Shown here piece after piece: positions 32,177 to 39,571 of a stretch of 64,000 nt of DNA (positions are counted from its first letter, which is position 1; the number at the start of each line of letters is the position of its first letter). Under the pieces are notes generated by a model. It did not search any database, was not told where the DNA came from, and worked only from the letters and a program-made list of their open reading frames with translations. This DNA is from Bacilli bacterium (lineage in GTDB: Bacteria; Bacillota_I; Bacilli_A; RF39; UBA660): the NCBI GenBank assembly GCA_037071015.1, contig JBAMOY010000001.1, positions 1,072,847 through 1,136,846 of the forward strand. Direction: 5' to 3'. The translations under genes were made by a program, and so were the position numbers.

Positions 32177-33028
32177 CTACTTTTTATTATGATATTCAGA
32201 ATAAATTGCATTTTTAGGCAAATTACGATCATTAGCAACCTTCTTTATAGAATCCATCACTGAATAACCATCTTTGATATATATATTTACATGTTCAACA
32301 ATATCTAAATCATCAAAATTCATCTTACTCTTGTTACCGTCAACTATAACAACAAACTCGCCCTTAGGAATTTCTAATTCAAATAGCACTTCTTCAATTG
32401 TCCCACGGTATATTTCTTCAAATTTTTTACTTATTTCACGACATAAACATATTCTTCTATTATTAAATATATTTTTTAAATCGTTTAACATTTCAAATAA
32501 ACGATGTGGTGCTTCGTAAAAAATAACAGTATACTCTAAATCTTTTAAAATTTCTAACTCTTTTTTTCTTTTAGAACTTTTATTATTTAAAAAGCCATAA
32601 AACAAAAAAGGTTGAGGATTTAATCCTGACATTGTAAGCGCTGGAACAAATGCAGTCGCACCAGGAAGACTCACAACGTTATATCCATTATTAATAACTT
32701 CCTTAGCAATTTCATAACCTGGATCACTAATAATTGGTGTACCACGATCAGTGACTAAACCAATATCTTCTCCATTATTTAAATATTCTATCACTTTATT
32801 TGCCTTTACATTTTCGGTAAATTTATGGCAAGAAATTAACTTCTTATCAATATTATAATATTTTAACAATTGTTTAGTTACCCTTGTATCTTCACAAAAA
32901 ACAACTGAAACTTCACTTAATACTCTTAAGGCACGATATGTTATATCTTCCATATTACCTATCGGTGTCGGTATTAAATATAAAGTTGCTTTATCACAAT
33001 TATAACTCTTCTGGCTCATCACATTCAC
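32177..33028 (-). CDS. rsmI: 16S rRNA (cytidine1402-2'-O)-methyltransferase RsmI
   Basis: 283 aa. Tetrapyrrole-methylase fold, LYLIPTPIGN. Confidence 0.88.
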   Translation of the reverse strand: MNVMSQKSYNCDKATLYLIPTPIGNMEDITYRALRVLSEVSVVFCEDTRVTKQLLKYYNIDKKLISCHKFTENVKANKVIEYLNNGEDIGLVTDRGTPIISDPGYEIAKEVINNGYNVVSLPGATAFVPALTMSGLNPQPFLFYGFLNNKSSKRKKELEILKDLEYTVIFYEAPHRLFEMLNDLKNIFNNRRICLCREISKKFEEIYRGTIEEVLFELEIPKGEFVVIVDGNKSKMNFDDLDIVEHVNIYIKDGYSVMDSIKKVANDRNLPKNAIYSEYHNKK

Positions 33029-33757
33029 CTACTCAAAAAAATATTTTACCTCTTCTGTATAACTACCATCATCTTTGTGAACATAAAGTGGTGGTAAAAT
33101 TGTTAATCCTGGCTTTCCATTCTTCTTTCCCTCAATTAAAATCATATTAGCACAGTCTTGTTTTTTAGGATAAACAAATCTAATTTTCTTTGGTTCTATA
33201 TTATATAAACGCATAAATTCAATTATTTCAATAAGTCGATCAGGACGATGAACAAGTCCTAACACACCATTATTTTTTAATAATTTTTTAGAAATTTTCA
33301 ATATTTGTTCTATGTTCAATCTAAGCTCATGGCGAGCAATTGTTTTATAGTCGTTTTTATTATAATTAGCTGTAGGGGTAGCTTTAAAATACGGTGGATT
33401 GCACGTTATAACATCAAAACTATCTGACTCAAATTTTTTATAAATATCATTTATGTCTCCATTTACCAAATCTATTTGAGTATCTAAATTATTTATCGAA
33501 ATACTTTCTTGTGCAAGTTGATAAACATCTTTTTGAATTTCAATACCAACTATGTTAGCTGAAGTTCTAGTACTAAGAATTATAGGTATTGGGGCATTAC
33601 CACAGCCAATATCTAATATTCTTTTAATTTTTTTGTTTATAGTAACAAATCTTGCCAATAAAACGGAATCTAAAGAAAAATTGAACATTTGTGTATCTTG
33701 TACAATTTTTAAGTTTTGGTATCCCACTATATCATTAATTACTTTCATCAGTACCAA
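33029..33757 (-). CDS. tRNA (adenine37-N6)-methyltransferase-like SAM MTase (YabB/YfiC family)
   Basis: 242 aa. DIGCGNAPI SAM motif and DVITCNPPYF catalytic motif. Position matches B. subtilis yabB. Confidence 0.8.
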   Translation of the reverse strand: MVLMKVINDIVGYQNLKIVQDTQMFNFSLDSVLLARFVTINKKIKRILDIGCGNAPIPIILSTRTSANIVGIEIQKDVYQLAQESISINNLDTQIDLVNGDINDIYKKFESDSFDVITCNPPYFKATPTANYNKNDYKTIARHELRLNIEQILKISKKLLKNNGVLGLVHRPDRLIEIIEFMRLYNIEPKKIRFVYPKKQDCANMILIEGKKNGKPGLTILPPLYVHKDDGSYTEEVKYFFE

Positions 33758-34526
33758 CTTTTACAATATTATTATCAATTTCAACATCATAGGTTTGTTT
33801 GATTATATCGATAGATACTACCTTACCAGTGCCATGTTTCGTTTGAATTGTTTTTCCAATTTTAGGAAGATTCTTTTTAGCCATCTCATAATCTTCATCT
33901 TCATATTTTAAACAACATAAAAGTCTTCCACATGCACCATTAATTTTTGAAGGATTTAAAGATAAATTTTGATTTTTAGCCATATTTATAGAAACAGAAT
34001 CAAATTCATTTAAAAATCTAGAACAACAAAGGGGACAACCACATAGGCCCATACCTCCAACACTTTTCGCCTTATCACGAACACCTACTTGTCTAAGCTC
34101 AATCCTTGTCTTATAAATAGAAGCTAATTCTTTTGCTAAATTTCTAAAATCTATCCGACTATCAGCTAAGAAATAAAATAATAATTGCTCTCTGTTAAAA
34201 GTATAACCAGCAGATATGATTTTCATATTTAAATTATATTTTTCGATAAGATCTCGACATTTTTTCAATGCAAAAGAAGCATCCTTTTGATTTTTTTTAT
34301 AATTTTTATTATCTTCTTTATTAGCAACTCTAACAATTTTTTTAAGAGGTTCTTTTAGTTTAGAATTTGATATTTCCATAATTTCTTTTTTTATAACACC
34401 ATATTGCATGCCTCGATCAGTATTTACGATTACAGGTGTATTTATATTTAAATTATTTAATTTATTTGGATCAAAAAAGTAAATACGTTTTTGACCATCA
34501 AAACTTACACCAACTACCTTGACCAT
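33735..34526 (-). CDS. ricT: RicT/YaaT (PSP1-domain regulator)
   Basis: 263 aa. MVKVVGVSFDGQKRIYFFDP is close to B. subtilis YaaT MYKVVGVRFKKAGKIYYFDP. Cys-rich PSP1 region. Follows holB. Confidence 0.82.
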   Translation of the reverse strand: MVKVVGVSFDGQKRIYFFDPNKLNNLNINTPVIVNTDRGMQYGVIKKEIMEISNSKLKEPLKKIVRVANKEDNKNYKKNQKDASFALKKCRDLIEKYNLNMKIISAGYTFNREQLLFYFLADSRIDFRNLAKELASIYKTRIELRQVGVRDKAKSVGGMGLCGCPLCCSRFLNEFDSVSINMAKNQNLSLNPSKINGACGRLLCCLKYEDEDYEMAKKNLPKIGKTIQTKHGTGKVVSIDIIKQTYDVEIDNNIVKVGTDESN

Positions 34527-34527
34527 A

Positions 34528-35481
34528 CTACACCTCCTTAAAAAATATCATTAGCTTGTCCAATAATAAATTTAAATTAATATTATAATAAATATTATCT
34601 CTTAAATTTATAAGCATATTAATTATTTCACATAATTTTTTTAAATCATATTTTTCAGCTATACTTTTTAATAAATCTATTTCAGAATTATAAAAATTTA
34701 TATTTCTATTTAACATTAAATTTATCACATCTTTATATATAAACATTAAAGATTCAAAATATATTATAGCATCATTTTTATCTTTTACAACATCATTATA
34801 TATTTTAGGAGCATAATAAAATAGTTCCTCTTTCTTATCTATGGTATAGCGCGCGAAATCTAATGCTGAATCAATAATTTTTAGTTGCGAATTATTTCCC
34901 AGGAAATTATTTTTATCATCACTACTAGAAAAAAGAGAATCTGCTAACAAACTATATTTATCTTCCGTAGAGTTAGAATTAGTAACTCTATAAAAAGAAA
35001 TTATCTGACACCTCGATACAATTGTTGGCAATAAATTGTATCTATTATCTGCAATTAAAATAGCAATAATATCATCAGCAGGTTCTTCTAAAAATTTCAA
35101 TATTGAATTAGCAGCTGAATTATTTAATTTATCGGCACCATTGATTATATATATTTTTTTGCTGGCTTCGATTGGTTTAGTAGAAAACTCTTTTTGTAAA
35201 TCATCCATTTGAGATTTTTTTATAATTAATCCGTCAGAATTGATAATCTTTAAATCTAAAAAATTATTATCGTCAATTCTCGCACAAAGATTACAATCAT
35301 AACAATCTTTATTAGGACAAAATATGTTTTTAGCAAAAGATTTAGCTATTGCTAAAACTTCGGAATTACCATTAGTTTCAAATAAATAAGCATGCGAATA
35401 ATTTCCACTATTAATTATATTTTCTAAAATCCTTATAGCAATAGGTTGTCCACATTTATATTTTTCAAACATACTTTCCAT
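34528..35481 (-). CDS. holB: DNA polymerase III delta' subunit
   Basis: 317 aa AAA-like clamp-loader fold and synteny. Confidence 0.85.
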   Translation of the reverse strand: MESMFEKYKCGQPIAIRILENIINSGNYSHAYLFETNGNSEVLAIAKSFAKNIFCPNKDCYDCNLCARIDDNNFLDLKIINSDGLIIKKSQMDDLQKEFSTKPIEASKKIYIINGADKLNNSAANSILKFLEEPADDIIAILIADNRYNLLPTIVSRCQIISFYRVTNSNSTEDKYSLLADSLFSSSDDKNNFLGNNSQLKIIDSALDFARYTIDKKEELFYYAPKIYNDVVKDKNDAIIYFESLMFIYKDVINLMLNRNINFYNSEIDLLKSIAEKYDLKKLCEIINMLINLRDNIYYNINLNLLLDKLMIFFKEV

Positions 35482-35490
35482 CCTTCATAA

Positions 35491-35679
35491 TTAAAATAAT
35501 ACTATAGTTAGTATCGTCAATGCTAATATTGCCGGCACGCCAAAAATACATACTAATAATATGGTAATTAAATTTATTGGTATGATTAGGTCAATTGGCG
35601 CTGCAATCAAATTAAAAGCGTAAATTAAAAATATGCTTACAATTATATTTTTAAATAATTTGTATACTTTTTTCAACAT
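35491..35679 (-). CDS. BofA-like small membrane protein (candidate pro-sigma-K processing inhibitor)
   Basis: 62 aa, two TM. IPINLITILLVCIFGVPAILAL resembles B. subtilis BofA VPINLVTTAISGILGIPGIAAL. B. subtilis also has bofA next to recR. Confidence 0.4.
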   Translation of the reverse strand: MLKKVYKLFKNIIVSIFLIYAFNLIAAPIDLIIPINLITILLVCIFGVPAILALTILTIVLF

Positions 35680-35725
35680 ATTATCACCTTAATAATTAAT
35701 ATGTTTAGAAAAGAAATATTATTCT

Positions 35726-36325
35726 TTATATTTCAGTACGATCAGCTATCGCTAATTCAAGTGTCAATGAATCAATGTATTCCATATCAGTTCCCAATGG
35801 TACACCATGCGCTATTTTAGTTATTTTGACTCCCATACCCTCTAATATTTTAGAAATGTAAAGAGAAGTAGTCTCTCCTTCAATTGTTGGTTTAACAGCT
35901 ATTATAACCTCCTTTATTTTTCCTTTTTTAATTCTGTCTACTAATGAATTAATATTAATATCTTCAGGATTTATTCCATCTAAAGGAGAAATTAAACCGT
36001 CTAAAACATGATATAAACCATTATATGATCCTATTTTTTCAAATAGAGCTACATTTTTAGGGTTCTCTACAACACAAATTATTTCATTATTACGATTCTT
36101 TTCATCACAAATTGAACAATGTTCAGACTCACTATAATAATTACATTCAGAACAACGTCTAATCTTTTTCTTCATATCAATAAGTGATTGAGAAAAAAGA
36201 TTTACTTCATCATCAGATAAATTCAAAATTGATAATGCCAATCTTTCTGCATTTCGTTCACCTATGCCAGGTAATTTTTTAAAACAATTTATTAAATTCT
36301 TTATAGTACTAGGATAATTGTTCAT
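35726..36325 (-). CDS. recR: recombination protein RecR
   Basis: 199 aa, HhH, C4 zinc finger and Toprim. Confidence 0.93.
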   Translation of the reverse strand: MNNYPSTIKNLINCFKKLPGIGERNAERLALSILNLSDDEVNLFSQSLIDMKKKIRRCSECNYYSESEHCSICDEKNRNNEIICVVENPKNVALFEKIGSYNGLYHVLDGLISPLDGINPEDININSLVDRIKKGKIKEVIIAVKPTIEGETTSLYISKILEGMGVKITKIAHGVPLGTDMEYIDSLTLELAIADRTEI

Positions 36326-36621
36326 TAAAATAATCCTGGCATTCCACTAGTAAATTTACCCATTTTTTCATCTGTAAGCTTATCAATTTGATTCATAGCG
36401 TCATTAATAGCAGTTACAATCATATCTTCTAATAAATCCATTTCATCTAATTGTAGATCATCATTGTTAATTTTAATTTTATTAACCTTCTTATTTCCAA
36501 ATAATTCAACTTCAACCAATGAAGATTTTCCAATAAAAATACTTTTTTCTATTTCGTCCTTAGTAGTCATCATTTCTTTTTGTAATTTTTGAGCTTGCTT
36601 CATCATAGCTTGTATATTCAT
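36325..36621 (-). CDS. ybaB: nucleoid-associated protein YbaB/EbfC
   Basis: 98 aa, MMKQAQKLQKEM start. Between dnaX and recR. Confidence 0.9.
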   Translation of the reverse strand: MNIQAMMKQAQKLQKEMMTTKDEIEKSIFIGKSSLVEVELFGNKKVNKIKINNDDLQLDEMDLLEDMIVTAINDAMNQIDKLTDEKMGKFTSGMPGLF

Positions 36622-36632
36622 ATTTATTCCTC

Positions 36633-38300
36633 CTATTTATATTCAATTATATTACCAAAAATTTTTTCTATATCATCTTTTTCATCTTCACTATTTTTAC
36701 TATATATTTTTGAAAATAAATTTAATTCATCTATAAAATTATATTCTTTTTGGTGACTATTAAATTCTTTTTTAATAATTTGCCACTCATCATTACTTAC
36801 TGAAATACACTTATAATCTATATTTAATAATGATTTAATCATATTTTCAATAATTGGTAAATCATTATTAAATATATCCGACATATTTTGTGTATTAAAG
36901 ACATAAATTAAATAATTTGAACTTGCAGCTTTTAAATCACCATCTAAAACAATTGATGCAGCTTTACTATGTTCTGGATCTAAAACTAATGATCTAACTA
37001 ATTCAAGATCCTTTTTTATTTTTAATAAAATTTTCTTATCAAAATGAGCCAGTGTATTATTTACTCGTATATTCTTCAATTTATTTATTTCAGTTTTTAC
37101 ATTAGGATTAATATTTTGTAACTCTTCATCATTTTCTTTTTTATTATTTTCAAATATATCATTAGAAAGCTTTTCTTCTTTTATTTCATTTTTAATTATA
37201 TTTTTTTCTTCTACTATCACGTTACTTTTTTGATCATTATACTTTAATAATTCAATAAACATTAACTCTAATATTAAATTTGGATTTTCATTTTTTTTCA
37301 TTAATGATAATTTATCATTAATTATTGTTATTATTTTTAAAAACCCTTCATTATTAATTTCCTGAGAAATATTTTCCAATAAATTTATATCAACCTGTTT
37401 ATCTTTAAAATAATCTGGAGCATTTTTATATAATAAAATATTTCTAAAATTCAATAATAATTTTTCAGTTATTCTAATTATATTTTTTCCTTCTATAATA
37501 CATTGATCAATAATTTTATAAGAATCATTTAAGTCTTTCTTTATTATACAATTTATTAAATTTTTAATTTCTAAATCAGATATATTTCCCGTAATATCAT
37601 TTATAACATTTAAAGAAATTTTTTCATTCTCATATGAATGTGCTTGATCTAACATACTTATGGCATCACGCATACCGCCATCACATATAATGGATATTTC
37701 ATTAGCAGCTTCTATTTCAATATTAATATTTTCTTTAGAAGCTATTTCCATTAATCGATTGCATATAATTTTTTTAGATATTTTTTTAAAGTCGAATCGT
37801 TGACATCTTGATAATATCGTTAAAGGTATTTTATGTGGTTCAGTAGTAGCCAATATAAAAATTACATGACTTGGCGGTTCTTCAAGTGTCTTTAATAATG
37901 CATTAAATGCTCCGACAGTTAACATATGAACTTCATCTATTATATAAACTTTATATTTACCAATTGAAGGAACTAAATTAACATTATTCTTTAATTCTCT
38001 TATTTCATCAACACCATTATTAGATGCAGCATCTATTTCAATAATATCATCATTTTTATTTTGTGTACAAAATACACACTTATTACATTTTTCACCATCA
38101 ATTATGTTTTCACAATTAATTGTATTAGCAAATATTTTAGCCATACTTGTTTTTCCTGTTCCTCGTGGTCCACAAAATAAATATGCGTGATTAATCATAT
38201 TTGTTTTAATTGAATTTTTTAATGTTTTAACAATTACATCTTGACCTATTATTTCAGAAAATTTTTTAGGTCTATATTTTCTATATAATGCCTGATACAT
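36633..38300 (-). CDS. dnaX: DNA polymerase III subunits gamma/tau
   Basis: 555 aa, GPRGTGKTS Walker A and Zn module. Confidence 0.93.
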   Translation of the reverse strand: MYQALYRKYRPKKFSEIIGQDVIVKTLKNSIKTNMINHAYLFCGPRGTGKTSMAKIFANTINCENIIDGEKCNKCVFCTQNKNDDIIEIDAASNNGVDEIRELKNNVNLVPSIGKYKVYIIDEVHMLTVGAFNALLKTLEEPPSHVIFILATTEPHKIPLTILSRCQRFDFKKISKKIICNRLMEIASKENINIEIEAANEISIICDGGMRDAISMLDQAHSYENEKISLNVINDITGNISDLEIKNLINCIIKKDLNDSYKIIDQCIIEGKNIIRITEKLLLNFRNILLYKNAPDYFKDKQVDINLLENISQEINNEGFLKIITIINDKLSLMKKNENPNLILELMFIELLKYNDQKSNVIVEEKNIIKNEIKEEKLSNDIFENNKKENDEELQNINPNVKTEINKLKNIRVNNTLAHFDKKILLKIKKDLELVRSLVLDPEHSKAASIVLDGDLKAASSNYLIYVFNTQNMSDIFNNDLPIIENMIKSLLNIDYKCISVSNDEWQIIKKEFNSHQKEYNFIDELNLFSKIYSKNSEDEKDDIEKIFGNIIEYK

Positions 38301-38357
38301 GTTACCACCTTTTTAATTATATCATTTATTAGTTTTTTAAGAAAAAAAATAGTTTCA

Positions 38358-38804
38358 CTATTTTCTTTTTTGTTCAAAAAAACTTTTTAATAAATCTCTT
38401 GATTCAGTTTCATATGACCCTTGTTCCATTTCTAACATATTATTTTTTTCAGAAGAATTTAAAAATTGATTAATATTTTTTGAGTAACCAAATTTATCTG
38501 AAGAAGTTGCATATATAACTTTTTTAATTCGAGATTGAATAATGGCACCTGCACACATTAAACAAGGTTCTAATGTTACATACAATATGCATTCATCTAA
38601 ATGCCATGTTTTTAATTTTTTGCAAGCACGTTCAATTGCTATTATTTCAGCATGTTTTATTGGATTTTTCTTTTTTTCTTTTTGATTATGTGCTTTTGAA
38701 ATTATTACATTATTTTTAACAATCACCGCTCCTACTGGAACCTCATCTTGTTTTTTAGCTTTAATTGCTTCTTTTAATGCTAATTTCATATATTCGTTTT
38801 CCAT
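38358..38804 (-). CDS. tadA: tRNA-specific adenosine deaminase
   Basis: Start MENEYMKLAL with an AGGTGA RBS. HAE...PCxMC deaminase motifs. The track adds 10 codons. Confidence 0.9.
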   Translation of the reverse strand: MENEYMKLALKEAIKAKKQDEVPVGAVIVKNNVIISKAHNQKEKKKNPIKHAEIIAIERACKKLKTWHLDECILYVTLEPCLMCAGAIIQSRIKKVIYATSSDKFGYSKNINQFLNSSEKNNMLEMEQGSYETESRDLLKSFFEQKRK

Positions 38805-38817
38805 TTTATCATCACCT

Positions 38818-38899
38818 AAAAAAAAGACACACACATTTAGAGGTTTTTATGGCTGCTATTTTCCAATTCTGACCAGGTTCAAACTTAAATGTTGTGTCT
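38818..38899 (-). ncRNA. ffs: signal recognition particle RNA (small 4.5S-type ffs)
   Basis: Minus strand has ACCUGGUCAGAAUUGGAAAAUAGCAGCC, matching the SRP domain-IV consensus ACCAGGUCAGGUCCGGAAGGAAGCAGCC. 5' GACACAACAUUUA pairs with 3' UAAAUGUGUGUGUC, followed by U8. Adjacent to tadA/dnaX as scr is in B. subtilis. Confidence 0.75.
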
Positions 38900-38904
38900 A
38901 TAAC

Positions 38905-38933
38905 AATATATAATATATTATTTTTTTTTTCAA
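38905..38933 (-). promoter_or_regulatory. ffs promoter
   Basis: Minus strand reads TTGAAA-N17-TATATT, ending about 7 nt before the predicted 5' end. Confidence 0.55.
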
Positions 38934-38940
38934 GTTTTAT

Positions 38941-39515
38941 ATTCTATGTTTCACGTGGAACATTATTATTTTATATTCTATGTTTCACGTGGAACATTAT
39001 TATTTTATATTCTATGTTTCACGTGGAACATTATTATTTTATATTCTATGTTTCACGTGGAACATTATTATTTTATATTCTATGTTTCACGTGGAACATT
39101 ATTATTTTATATTCTATGTTTCACGTGGAACATTATTATTTTATATTCTATGTTTCACGTGGAACATTATTATTTTATATTCTATGTTTCACGTGAACAT
39201 TATTATTTTATTCTATGTTTCACGTGGAACATTATTATTTTATATTCTATGTTTCACGTGGAACATTATTATTTTATATTCTATGTTTCACGTGGAACAT
39301 TATTATTTTATATTCTATGTTTCACGTGGAACATTATTATTTTATATTCTATGTTTCACGTGGAACATTATTATTTTATATTCTATGTTTCACGTGGAAC
39401 ATTATTATTTTATATTCTATGTTTCACGTGGAACATTATTATTTTATATTCTATGTTTCACGTGGAACATTATTATTTTATATTCTATGTTTCACGTGGA
39501 ACATTATTATTTTAT
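38941..39515. repeat. tandem array of 17 x 34-bp direct repeats, each carrying a canonical parS palindrome
   Basis: Unit is ATTCTATGTTTCACGTGGAACATTATTATTTTAT. Units start at 38941, 38975, ..., 39145; a degenerate 31-bp unit at 39179-39209; nine more units from 39210 to 39515. The core TGTTTCACGTGGAACA is the reverse complement of TGTTCCACGTGAAACA. Repeat-derived ORF translations have exact 34-aa periodicity, indicating near-perfect identity. Confidence 0.9.
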
Positions 39516-39520
39516 AGCGG

Positions 39521-39568
39521 CTTTTTTGTTTATAAACAAAAAAGCGTATTTCTATAAGAAATACGTTT
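39521..39568 (-). terminator. gyrA intrinsic terminator (two adjacent palindromes)
   Basis: On the minus strand CGUAUUUCU-UAU-AGAAAUACG is followed by CUUUUUUG. An overlapping 24-bp perfect palindrome CTTTTTTGTTTATAAACAAAAAAG is also present. Confidence 0.6.
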
Positions 39569-39571
39569 GAA

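Noticed and set aside
38941-39515. CRISPR array
   Set aside because: The repeats are contiguous head-to-tail with no unique spacers. No cas genes are nearby. The repeat core is the parS palindrome.
38894-39570. Four overlapping plus-strand ORFs (100-203 aa) with periodic MFHVEHYYFIFYVSRGTLLFYILCFTWNIIILYS sequence
   Set aside because: These are artefacts of translating the 34-bp (= 102 nt/3) tandem repeat in all frames. There is no RBS. The region is the parS array and the gyrA terminator.
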